From Octopus sinensis (Eukaryota), in the NCBI RefSeq assembly GCF_006345805.1, contig NC_042997.1:91388001-91452000 (forward strand): a DNA stretch of 64,000 nucleotides. Direction: 5' to 3'. Below the pieces are notes generated by a model. It was not told the DNA's origin. It saw nothing but the letters and a program-made list of their open reading frames with translations, and did no database searches. Of the stretch, positions 27,472 through 41,388 are shown one piece after another. The position numbers and the translations under genes were made by a program. The first letter of the stretch is position 1, and the number at the start of each line of letters is the position of its first letter.

Positions 27472-29208
27472 TATATATATATACACACACACACACACAT
27501 AATATACATACACACACACACACATATATATATACACACCACACACACACATATATATATATACACACACACACAAATATTATACACACACACACACCAC
27601 ACATATATATTACACACACCATATATATATAAAACACACACACATATATATATAACACACACACCATATCATATACACAAACACCACACATTATATATAT
27701 ACACACACCCCACACATAAATACACACACACACACACACATATAAATACACACACACACACACATATATATATACACACACACACCACACACACAGATAT
27801 ATATATAACACACCACAACAATATATATATACACACACACACAAGTGTATTATATATATTATACACACATATACACACACACATATATATATATATACCA
27901 CACAATATAATACATATATACACACACATATATATACACACATATTATATATATAACACACATATATACACAATATATATATATATATATACACACATAT
28001 ATGATATACACATATATATATATTATATACACACATATATATATACCACACACATATATATATACACAACACACGTGTAAATATATATATATATATACAC
28101 CACAACACACACACACACCACACATATATACATATATACACACACATATATACACACATATATATACATATATACACATACCACACACACACACACAATA
28201 TATACATATATACACACACAATATACACACATATATACCATATAATACACACATATACACACAACATTATATAATATATATATATAAAACATATATATAG
28301 ATATACACACACACACACACACTATATATATATAACACACACACACACACAACATAGATATATATATACACATATATATATATATACACACCACCACACA
28401 CAACATATATATATACACATATATATATATATACACACACACACATATATATATATACACACACACATTATATATAATACACACACATATATATATATAG
28501 ATAACACACACACACATATATTATATATACACACACACATATATAATATATACACACACACACACAATAGATATATACACACACCACACATATATATATA
28601 CACACACACACCACATAATAATATACACACAACACTATATATATATACAACACACACATATAGATAATATACACACACACACATAATATATATACACACA
28701 CAAAGATATATATATATACACACACACACATATATATATACACACACATATATATATACACACACATTATATATATGCACACACATTATATATATATCAC
28801 AACACATATATATATATGCACACACACATATAGATATATGCACACACACATATATAATATTGGCACACACACATATAGATATATATACACACAACACATA
28901 TATATAATATATATAGACACATATATATAATAACACATATATATATAACACATATATATATATCACACATATATATAATATATATATACCTATATATATA
29001 TACATATATACACACATAGATATATAATACACACACACCACATATATATGATATATAGATAGACACATATTATATACACACATATATATATATACACACA
29101 TATATATATACACACATAGATATATATACACACACATGTATATATATACACACACATTAATATATATACACACATATATATATATATACACACATATATA
29201 TATATACA

Positions 29209-29239
<31 letters not shown>

Positions 29240-30048
29240 TATATACACACACATATATATATACACCACACAACATATAATATACACACACATATAATAT
29301 ATACACACACATATATATATACACACACATATACATATATACACACACATATACATATATACACACACAATATATATATATATACACACATATATTATAT
29401 ATAGATAACACACATATATATATATACCAACAACATATATATATATACACACATATATATATATACACATTATATATATATATATATATATTATACAATA
29501 TATTATACACACCATATATATATACACACACACACATATATATATACACACAATATATATATACACACATATATATATATACACACACATATATATATAT
29601 ACACCACACATATACATATATATACACACACCATATACATATACACACACACATATATATAATACACACACATTATATATATATATATACACACATATAT
29701 ATATATATATACCCCACATATATTATATATATACACACATAATATATATATACACACATATATATATATATATACACACATATATATATATATATACACA
29801 CTATATTATATACACACATATATATATATATATACACACATATATATATATATATACACACATTATTATATATAATATACACACATATATATATATATAC
29901 ACACAATATATATATATAACACACCATATTATAAGATATTACACACATATATATATACACACACATTATATATACACACATATATATACCACACAATTAT
30001 TATTATTATATACACACACATATATATATACACACAACATATATATAT

Positions 30049-30093
<45 letters not shown>

Positions 30094-30102
30094 TATATAT
30101 AT

Positions 30103-30147
<45 letters not shown>

Positions 30148-30246
30148 TATCATATATATATATATATACACACACACACATATATATATATATTATATCA
30201 CACACACACATATATATACACACACACATATTACACACACATATAT

Positions 30247-30296
<50 letters not shown>

Positions 30297-32159
30297 GATA
30301 TATATATATATACACACATATATATATATATACACACACACATATATATATAATACACACACATATATATATATACACACACACATATATATATATACAC
30401 ACACACATATATATATATACACACACACATATATATATATATATACACACACACATATATATATATACACACACACACATATATATATACACACACACAC
30501 ATATATATATATACACACACACACATATATATATACACACACACACATATATATATATACACACACACACATATATATATATACATATACACACACACAT
30601 ATATATATATATATAATATACACACACACATATATATATATATACACACAACATATATATATATATACACACACAATATATATATATACAACACACATAT
30701 ATATATATATACACACACATATATATATATATATATATACACACACATATATATATATATATACCCACCACACATTATATATATAATACACACACCACAC
30801 CACACATATATATATATATATACACACACACACATATATATATATATATACACAACACACACAATATATATACACACACATATATATATATATATACACA
30901 CAACATATAGATCTATATATACACACACACTATATATATATATATACACACACCATATATATATATATATACACACAATATATATATATAATACACACAC
31001 ATATAATATATATACACACACAATATATATATATACACACACTATATATATATATACACACACATATATATATATATACACACACATATATATATATATA
31101 TACACACACATATATATATATATATACACCACCATATATATATTAATATACACAACATATATATATATATATACACACACATATATATATATATATAACA
31201 CACACCATATATATATATACACACACACATATATATATACATACACACACACATATATATATACACATACACACACACATATATATATAACATACACACA
31301 CACACATATATATATACACATACACACACACACATATATATATACCACTACACACACATATACACATACACACCACATATATATATACAACACACATAAC
31401 ATACACACACAACCTATACATAACACACCCACATATACACACACACATATACACACACACAAGATATATAACACACACACACCTATATTATACACACACA
31501 CACATATAGATATACACACACACACATATATATACACACACACACACATATATATACCACACACCACACACATATATATATACACACACACACACATATA
31601 TATACACACACACACACATATATATACACACACACACACATATACACACACATATATATATATACACACACATATATATATATACACACACATATATATA
31701 TACACACACATATATATACACACACACACATATATATATACACACACATATATATATACACACACATATATATATACACACACACATATATATACACACA
31801 CATATATACACACACACACACACATATATATACACACACACACACATATATATACACACACACACATATATATACACACACACACATATATATACACACA
31901 CACATATATATACATATATATACACACACATACATATATACACACACACATACATATATACACACACACATACATATATACACACACCCATACATATATA
32001 CACACACGCACACATATATATATACACACACGCACACATATATACACACGCACACATACACACACACACATATATACACACACACCATACACATACACAC
32101 ACACCCATTATATATATACACAACACACACACACACATATATATATATATACACACACA

Positions 32160-32190
<31 letters not shown>

Positions 32191-32215
32191 CAACACACAC
32201 ACACACCACACACAC

Positions 32216-32249
<34 letters not shown>

Positions 32250-32350
32250 TATATTATATATACACACACACACACACATATTATATATATACACATACAC
32301 ACACAACACACACACACACCATATATATATATATATATACACACATATAT
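27340..32350. repeat. Compound (CA)n(TA)n microsatellite, ~5 kb
   Basis: Continuous alternating CACACA/TATATA tracts with almost no G on the plus strand. Confidence 0.98.
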
Positions 32351-32351
32351 A

Positions 32352-32830
32352 TAGTATCTGCCCCCTCGTTATCGAGTATGGCCATTGCACGAAGCTTAAT
32401 CAATGTTGTTATCGTGCAATGCCTGCGTAAGAAGATTTTTTTAAAAGTGAGTAAAGGCTGTGCACTGAGTCAATCCCACTCACTAAGCAACAGTAGCCAT
32501 AATCCGAAAAGAAGAACAAGTCAGCATCATCGGTAACCACTGAGTCCTTCACTCTCAATGGTTTAACCGCGTGATCGGGTATTCAGCCCGATTATTTCTA
32601 TGTCCCCACGCATGATACATCTTTAAGACATTTATTGGATGGCCATTGACTCTCAAGAGTTCCTCCGCCCTTTGACGGGTTTTGTTTTTCATCCAGCTGG
32701 GTGTCCAATAAACACCCTCCTCACCAAGCAAGCTTAGTTGGGTTGCCGGTTTAGTTGCCGCCGACCCGACCATGCAACATGTTGTACCGGGTTAGATGTT
32801 ACCAGTAGCACTCGAAAGTGACCTGACCAC
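32352..32830 (-). repeat. Unclassified GC-richer interspersed repeat, possibly a LINE 5' UTR fragment
   Basis: CpG-containing non-coding block between microsatellites. Its minus-strand motifs resemble RTE 5' UTRs only from memory. Confidence 0.3.
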
Positions 32831-32933
32831 ATATATATACCTACACACACACACACACATATATATACACAAACATATATATATATATGTACATATATAT
32901 ACATGCATTATATATATATACACACACCAACAT

Positions 32934-33304
32934 GTTTCAGTCATTTGACTGTGGCTACACTGGAACACTGCCTTTAGTCGAGCAAATCGGCCCCAGGAGT
33001 TATTCTTTGTAAGCCTAGTACTTATTCTATCAGTCTCTTTTGCCGAACCGCCAAGTTACGGGGATGTAAACACACCAGTATCGGTTGTCAAGTGATGTTG
33101 GCGGTACAAACACAGACACACATATATATATACATATATACGATGGCCTTCTTTCAGTTTCTGTCTTCTAAATCCACTCACAAGCCTTTGGTCGGCCCAA
33201 GGCTATAGTAGAAGACACTTGCACAAGGTGCCACGCAGTGGGACTGAACCCGGAACCATGTGGTTGGTAAGCAAGCAACTTACCACACAGCCACTCCTGC
33301 GCCT
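32934..33304 (-). mobile_element. Full SINE, family A
   Basis: Reverse complement of 16802-17210, including the head AGGCGCAGGAGTGGCTGTGTGGTAAG. Confidence 0.9.
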
Positions 33305-33329
33305 ATACACACACATATATGTAGATATA

Positions 33330-33432
33330 TATCATCATCATCATCATCCTCATTTAACGTCAGCTTTCCATGCTAGCATGGGTTGGACGGTTCAACTGGA
33401 GTCTGGGGAGCCCGAAGGCTGCACCAGGCCAA
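33330..33432 (-). mobile_element. Solo RTE 3' tail
   Basis: (CAT)n..TTTAACGTCAGCTTTCCATGCTAGCATGGGTTGGACGG. Confidence 0.85.
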
Positions 33433-33689
33433 TATATATATATATATATATAAATATATATACACACATATACGCATATATACATATACGCATATATAAA
33501 TATACACATATACATATACGCATATACATATACGCATATATACATATACACATATATACATATACACATATATACATATACACATATATACATATACCTA
33601 TATGCATATATATATACATATACCTATATGCATATATATCTATATGCATATATATATATATATATATATATGCATATATAATAAACCTT

Positions 33690-34380
33690 TACATAAATAA
33701 ATAACGTGAAATACACAAAGGGACGAACAAAAAGACAAACGGGTCATTCAAAGCCTTCATTCTTCAGTCAGAAACTGATCCCTCATTGCAGATTTCGGCT
33801 ATATATATATATATATATAAATAATTCCCAGTAGATTTACTGTAAACTTTGTACTAGACGTGGTCAGAGTCATCCACAAAAAGAATACATTATTTTTCAA
33901 TGGAAAAAAAAACTACCTCCAAATTCGAGGTACAGCTATGGGTGCGCTACTTGCTCCAGTTTTCCCAAACTCAATATTGGGATACTTGGAACAAAACCTA
34001 TATTAAAAAAAATGAAGAGAACTATGGCATGACCTTTAAAAGACATACAGAGGACACATGGAAAAGATACCTCAATGATTATTTCCTAATTTGGACCAAA
34101 TCTCCAGAAAATCTAGAAATCAGCACCCTAGTCTTAAATTCACAAGAGAAATGAGCAAAACACAATCAACCATCTCTTGACATAACACTACAATCACAAC
34201 TGATATTTATTACAAAAGCACAGTTATACAACAATACCTAAATTTCAAATCATGCCACCAAACAGTCAAAATGCAACATCCCATACTGTCTTGCCAGGAA
34301 AATTTGTGCTATAGTCAATGATCCAAATATCAGAAACACAAGACTTAAAGAACTCAAAGGATTTCTGCTCAAGTAAAATA
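33690..34380 (+). mobile_element. Penelope-like element RT/thumb fragment
   Basis: YLQIRGTAMGALLAP, WKRYLNDYFLIW, TDIYYKS...YLNFKSCH...KCNIPYCLARKICAIV: the PLE motifs QxxGTAMG and WxRYxDD. Confidence 0.8.
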
Positions 34381-35889
34381 GCATACAATTATACATACAC
34401 ATCTATATATACACACACACCTATATACATACATACATATATACATACATATAGATATATATGAAATACTATAGAACAACTTAGAGCAACATGAAAAAGA
34501 TGAGCAGTTTCATTCATTAATTATCTTATCTTCATTTATTCTAAACATCACTTAATAATTTACCATATATTTTTTTTTGTTGTGTATGCCTCTATCATTC
34601 TGCATCTAGCTTTTCTTTTATCCCAATCTTTCTAAGGTAGCGCATTTGTGCATAAACTCATGTATTGTCCGTTTCTCTATTTTCTCTTAATTCTTTCTAA
34701 ATATCGTAGTATCACTTAAATCTTCGTATATTCTCTTTTTTATCTTCTAATTAATTGATAATTTTAATAATTTAGTAAATTAATCACACTTAGTCTTATA
34801 TCTGTATGTGAGTGTGTATATATGTATGTGAATGTGTGTGTATATATATATACACACACATATATATACATACCTATACATACACACCTATATATACACA
34901 TACATACCTATACATACACACCTATATATACACATACATACACACCTATATACATACACATACATATATATACACATACATACATACGCATACATATACA
35001 TATATATGAAATACCTAATGATTTCACTTCTATAATTTAATAACCCTGTCTATTACTTTTTTTATATATCACCATTTAAAGTATTTTTGCAGAGGTATAT
35101 CTGCATTAACATTATTGCTATTTATATTAAATTATGACAATAACTATTTTTATATTATGTATTAATTTTAATGGTACACTGTATTTTTCCCATTTGATTA
35201 TTTAATGTTTTCATAAGGATGTAAATTTCTTTGTATGTTCTTCCCTGGGGATATTCTGGCTTAAAATTAACAAAATTGATTAATTTTATACTATAAGCAA
35301 TGAAATGAAACAATTGTAGGTCTTGTCATTGTATTAATAAAATTTTATTAATCTTATCTCCATCTTTTCTCTTGGTTTTTATAATATATATGTGTGTGTG
35401 TGTGTGTGCCTATATTATAAAGGTATTTTTATCCCTCTGAGGTTTATTTATATAACTTCTGCTATTCCATGAGTATTCAAAGCATTTCCCCCCCATTATA
35501 TGCCAGTTTGGTTATTTATAAAGCCCCCCCCCCCCAAAAAAAAACATGTATCTCAGTAACCTGTGGTCCGATTTGAACAAGGCTTGTTTTATTCCGTTTG
35601 TATTCACATGAGCATCCAATTCATGATGTCTCCTGCATTTGTCTCTTTCCCTCTGTTCCGCCAGATGCTCAGCCCTTGCTTTATCAGTTTCACTGATCCT
35701 TCTATTTGCATGCTTGTCCTCATCTTGGGTAAATGTTTTGTAAAGGACCTGTTTGTACTTCAGTATGAAATAATTTTTTCCACAAGATTTTTGAGTGCAT
35801 TCAGCATATCTCACCTCCAAACCCACAAGCCACTTTCTTCTGGAAAAGAAAGGGGGGGGAAGGGTTGTGGGGATCTCGGAGGAAACCCA

Positions 35890-36311
35890 TCGTTTTCAAT
35901 ATTCAATTAAAAGAGAGAATATGTTGTTACCAACAATGTTAAAACTTTAGTAACTTGATCAATCTGTCATTGAACCAGGATTTTAATTTCATTTGATACA
36001 CACTTTGCTATCATTTATATGGAGAATTGCAAACATGGCATATAAAGATAACTTATTTTGATAGAAATTTTACGAGTATATTTCCGTGGATGTTTTTGCT
36101 GCCCCCCCCCCACACACACCTGCACATAAATACACATGGATAAAGTCTCGTCTAGGGAGTATTATTCTTTTACTCGTTTCAGTCATTTCACTGCATCCAT
36201 GCTGGAGGCCCGCCTTTAGTTGAAGAAATCAATCCCAGGACTTTGTAAGCCTAGTACTTATTCTATCGGTCTCTTTTGCTGAACCACTAAGTTATGGAGA
36301 CATAAACATAC

Positions 36312-36358
<47 letters not shown>

Positions 36359-36849
36359 ATATGTGTGTGTGTATTTGTGTGTTTGTCCCCCCCCCCCACC
36401 GCCATTGCTAGACAACTAATGCTGGTGCGTTTATGTCTCCATAACTTAGTGGTTCAGCAAAAGAGACCGATAGAATAAGTACTAGGCTTACAAAGTCCTG
36501 GGATTGATTTCTTCAACTAAAGGCGGGCCTCCAGCATGGATGCAGTGAAATGACTGAAACGAGTAAAAGAATAATACTCCCTAGATGAGACTTTATCCAT
36601 GTGTATTTATGTGCAGGTGTGTGTGTGTGGGGGGGGGCAGCAAAAACATCCACGGAAATGTACTCATAAAATTTCTATTAAAATAAGTTATCTTTATATG
36701 CCATGTTTGCAATTCTCCATTTAAATGATAGCAAAGTGTGTATCAAATGAAATTAAAATCCTGGTTCAATGACTGATTGATCAAGTTACTAAAGTTTTAA
36801 CATTGTTGGTAACAACATATTCTCTCTTTTAATTGAATATTGAAAACGA
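35890..36849. repeat. Large inverted repeat: arms 35890-36316 and 36420-36849, ~103 bp spacer
   Basis: The left arm TCGTTTTCAATATTCAATTAAAAGAGAG...CATAAACATACCAACA is the reverse complement of the right arm, with about 9 substitutions. Each arm is ~280 bp non-SINE DNA plus a SINE-A 3' half. Confidence 0.97.
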
Positions 36850-38472
36850 GAGAAAATGCAAGGAAATTAATTTTGGCAGTAAGGACTAAACTCCCTAGTT
36901 TCATTATCACAATTGAAAAGAAATTCAGCAGTGCAACATTGCGCAAGTTCGTTTCCGTAAATGTTTTCCTTGCGCACCCCCTACATCTGCACATATACGC
37001 ACGCAGATACACATGGACGAAGTCCCGTTTTGGAAGCATGTTAAAGTTTTTATTATGTTGGAACGAAGGTGCTGAGCCAGTGACTAAACTTGTAGTAATT
37101 TGTTGGGATTAATCCAATGAATTGACAGCCAAGTAATTGTTAGTATCAGAATCGTTTACCTTTTAAGCAAAAAAAAAGAAAACCGACGTATAACAGGTAT
37201 GTAAAATATATTTCTATGTACTTCTTTTTCTAAGCTGTAGAAATTGTTGCGCACGCGCACATACACAAAATTTCTCCAGACATTTAGCTGTTATTTTTAG
37301 CATATCGAGTTTCATGGCGAGGGCTTCACATGCGGTGATGTTTTTGCTGTTTCACTATAAATCTACGCCGGAAACGGATGAAACAGCCGCTCATCTTCAC
37401 TTTTAGACAGCAGGTGAGGGTGTGGATCAATTTTGGAGATTTTCATAAAAATTTGAAATAAAAATTTTTTTCCCAATATTCTTAATCTAAATTTCGAAAA
37501 AAAAAAAAAATAAAAAATTTCGAAAACCTGATTTTTTAAATTTTTGCATATTCGGAATAGCCGTCATCGAAAACACGGGAATCCGGTGGGGGATGAGGGG
37601 GGGGGGTCCGGTTTCAGCTACATATTTCAATAAATATTGAAAAATGATTTAGAATATTTCATGCTGAAATCGAGGGACTGTATACCCGTGGGCCTTATGG
37701 TGTCATCGAATATGGTATATCCTTAAATGAATGTCATTTAAAAAGTGCAGCCTTTAAAATGAAGCTCACCTTTAGATGATGCGGTCTAAGATGCACAGTG
37801 CACTATACAGGAAATGAAATATCGAGCTTCTCCGACAGATGCTTTCCTAAATATGTAATGAAGAGGAAAAAGCCGGAAGAGAAGGAAAAAGTAGATGGTG
37901 ATAGGAAGGATTGGAAGTAAGATGCCCAATCATATAGCTTAAAATTATATATTATGCAAGACAAACGCGCAGGTTATTTAACCCCAGATCAGTCCTGATT
38001 AAGAAGCCCTATAATCAACTGATTAAGCAGACCTCTAATCATCCCACTTTTCTTCAGCATATTATCTAAATAATCCTTCCGTTTTTGAGTCGGCTGGGAG
38101 TGATTTGGGAAAATTTGTATGCTACTCTTAAACGATCGAGCGACTTCATAAAAGCAACCTCGTTCAGAAGGACACAGTCCTAGTTACACTACCTTTGAAG
38201 AGGATTGTCAAAGCAGAACGCCCCTCGTCACACATGCACAAGCTAAAGTGATAAAAATTTTCCAAAATTACATCAAGAAACTCGCTAATTATACCAATTT
38301 TACAGAAAGCACTAAGCTCAATATTTTACATATTGGAACACACACACACACAAATGAATGATAATAAGCATTAAAAAACCATAAAATTTACAAGAGTATC
38401 CAAAGTGAATAGTGACAAAAGCCACTCTCCTGAATACCAAGCAGATTTCAACAATGGATTCTAGATAAACCG

Positions 38473-38509
<37 letters not shown>

Positions 38510-40028
38510 AGGTGCCAGGTTACGACAGAACAGTAGATTTATATATTTCTACTCTTAAAATCTATTTCCACCTAAGTAAATGTAAAACCATGTAAATTAA
38601 CATAGGAAAAAATAAAACAAAATTTTGGTTAGTGTCAGAGAGAGACGCAGGATAAACCTATAATCTAAAATTGACGAAATACTACAAAACAGCTTCCTAA
38701 ATTACATGATTTCAAATAAATTTATTTATAACTTTGTATATATTTTGTATGCTAGGTTGCTTTCACACATATTGTCCACTCAATTAGGTTGAACAACCAC
38801 CTTGTACTTCTAGATGAAGTGATTTGTACTTTTGCCAATCCTATCATACCACTTTCACTTTAGTAATGAATTTAAAACATGTAGTTGTTACAAATTAATA
38901 ACCGGTGAATGGAAATATAGCTGTCGATGTCACATAATAGGTATTAATGATAAATTCCAAAACTAAATCCCTATTACAGTTTTCTTAATGTACATCTTTA
39001 ATCCGCCCCCCCTCATGTACTTCTGCATAATTATTTTACATCGGTACACTTTGATTAATCTCAGAAATTATTAAAGAATACAAGAAACAACCACATTACT
39101 GATTCAACGTGACCTCGATTTGTAAACGTGCTCGCCAAAATTTAAGGAAAAGTGGTTGGTGGCATCATAGTTGATCTTTTAAGGCTAACTAACATACACT
39201 ACCAACTACTTTGCTGTAGAAATTCTTAGAGAAACGCGTTAAGTCTGAATATAAACAGAAAAACGGTACCTGTAAAAATTTATGTATCTTAACAGTAAAT
39301 AGAAGATATATTGGTGAAAAGTAGTCATTATCGGACAAAGAAATGGATGAATTTACAGGAGACTATAATAACAAAAAAATGTTCATGTAATATATTATTG
39401 ACGTGTATTCTATGTATGTTTAGTCAATTAAAAAAATATGAACTGGAAACGGTGACATCAAAAAATTAATATTAAGTGAAAAGACATGTAATTAATCGGG
39501 CACCAGTCGATTAAATCGGCCATTACATTCCTACCATTTGTTGGCGGTTTTTCGGAATATGCGATTCCCTATGCATTTTGTCAACCTAAGTTGTCCTGTG
39601 TTTTATTAACGTATTCATCAATGGAGAATTAATTTTTAAAGATATAAAAAAAAGAACAATTTAAATGACGAATGGAATTTTTTTTTTTGATTTATGATTA
39701 AAGAGTAATTTTCTTTGCCAGAAAATATTAGTTTTTAAATTTCCCCTAAAAAGGGTTGAAATACTTGTGAAGCAGAAAATGGATGATAAATATTAAAAAA
39801 AAATTTTTCTACACTCCTCCCCTTTATGCTTCAGTGTTAATAAACAAAATTACTTCCCTTGTTAAAAAAAGGGCTCCATTATCCGAAATTATTCATTGTT
39901 AAACGATCAATCAAACACAAGTTCTTGTGAATTGTCAAAATATTTTTCTTTTAAAAAGCCACTTTTGAGAATCGGCAAATTGAGGAAGAATAATAAATAT
40001 TTAAAATTAAAGTAACATCATTACTTAC

Positions 40029-40321
40029 CAACACACAAACAGAATTTTATCTCTTCGTGCTCCCCCATTTTTTTGGTAATTCAGATCATATATAATATAG
40101 TAGCAATCCTTTTCCGGTAAATTCGCACAGAACTCTTCCCATTCTTTCTTCACAGCATCTATACCGAGGTCTAATTTTTCCGGTTTTGAAACACACTCAC
40201 CTGGTACGATTGTAGTGTGATCATCACTTAGATGGAACATACAATACCGAGTCTTTTTGCGAGATTTAATATCTAGAAATTTATCAATTGCTTCCTGGGA
40301 CACTGTAATTCCTGAAGACAT
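40029..40321 (-). CDS. CFL: ADF/cofilin, first coding exon
   Basis: MSSGITVSQEAIDKFLDIKSRKKTRYCMFHLSDDHTTIV...LPEKDCYYIIYDLNY...RDKILFVC(W) has the ADF-H fold signature. Donor TG|GTAAGT at 40028; acceptor TTTCTCTTTAAG|GAAAAC-ATG at 40328. Confidence 0.95.
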
Positions 40322-40404
40322 GTTTTCCTTAAAGAGAAATGAGGATAGTAATACAGAAGTGAGAAAAAAAGAATGAACCAGTGTACAAAGCTCGTTGTAT
40401 ATAC

Positions 40405-40646
40405 CGTTAGACAGTAGCAGCAGGCGATGAGAGCAAACAGCTTTCTATATTTGATAGAAAATTTCTAAGTTGAACAGCTTTTAAAGTTACCACTGCTCTA
40501 ATAAGATCTGCAACAACGAGATGAATCACCTTTTCGTATCCAAAATGCTGCACTAAACTATACAAAATAATATTCACTAACAAGATTTCGATTCGGTTCC
40601 GGGGGAGCAACCTGTCAATTTCCAAAGATCTAACCAGTAATAGTGA
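40405..40646 (-). other. Putative non-coding 5' exon of cofilin
   Basis: Lies between the TATA box and the acceptor at 40328, with no upstream ATG on the minus strand. Two candidate donors: AAG|GTGATT (GT at 40529) and ACG|GTATAT (GT at 40404). Confidence 0.45.
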
Positions 40647-40680
40647 GTCACGAGTCTGCTAGCAACTGCTATATATGGGC
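40640..40680 (-). promoter_or_regulatory. Cofilin core promoter: TATA overlapping a CArG-like box, AP-1 site near the predicted TSS
   Basis: Minus strand CCCATATATAGC (40679-40668); TGACTCA (40650-40644) about 25-30 nt downstream. Confidence 0.55.
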
Positions 40681-40937
40681 ATACCAAACATGCTGACTTC
40701 CTTTTATAGCAAATTTTATCTTGCTCTTTCTCTGTCTCCCTCTCTCTCTGAAATGGCGCATTCGTGTCAATTGAGAAGTACTCTTTTATTAAAGTCGACT
40801 TTCTTCTTTACTATTTCTGTTTTTGTTAACGTTTTTCTCCTTAGTTAATTATCCATATATTAATTTTTTCTTCTTATTTTAGAAAAAAAAAACTTATTTT
40901 ATTTCTTGAAATAGCTGGAGCTAATCCAATATGTATA

Positions 40938-41388
40938 ATGGAAAAATTAATGTGAACTGTCGACGCTAATATTTATAAATTCTTTAAAATGTAAACATTT
41001 TGGTTTCTACCTATTTTCTCTTCATCACTTATTAGCTATTTGTTACTAAATTCCACTTCTTAAAAATCTAATATATATGTACTCACTTTCCCCTCTGCGG
41101 TTGGCAAGCTATGTACGGACTTTGCTCTCCCCTTACAATCAACCAAAATGAAGCTTATGGAAAAATTAATGTTAACTGTCGACGCTAATCTTTATAAATT
41201 CCTTAAAATGTAAACATTTTGGTTTCTACCTATTTTCTCTTCATCACTTATTAGCTATTTGTTTTCACTAGTTACTAAATTCCCCTTCTTAAAAATCTAA
41301 TACATATGTAAGTAATCACTTTCCTCTCTGCGGTTGGCAACCTATGTACGGACTTTGCTCTCCCCTTACAATCAACCGAAATGAAGCT
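40938..41388. repeat. Tandem duplication of ~220 bp upstream of cofilin
   Basis: 40938-41156 and 41157-41388 both run ATGGAAAAATTAATGT.AACTGTCGACGCTAAT ... CCCCTTACAATCAACC.AAATGAAGCTT. Confidence 0.95.

Noticed and set aside
21962-32390. Dozens of long ORFs (up to 712 aa) rich in Y/I/C/V/M or H/T/Y/I
   Set aside because: These are translation artefacts of (CA)/(TA) microsatellite, which lacks stop codons. The same applies to ORFs at 33360-33649, 34812-35040 and 50633-50887.
33720-33800. Possible minus-strand hammerhead (CTGAAGAATGAAGGCTTTGAA) next to the PLE fragment
   Set aside because: There is no GAAA box and no convincing stem II or III.
40407-40625. 72-aa minus-strand ORF upstream of cofilin as a uORF or extra coding exon
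   Set aside because: It starts at TTG with no ATG, has no recognisable homology, and cofilin already begins with a canonical MSSG.
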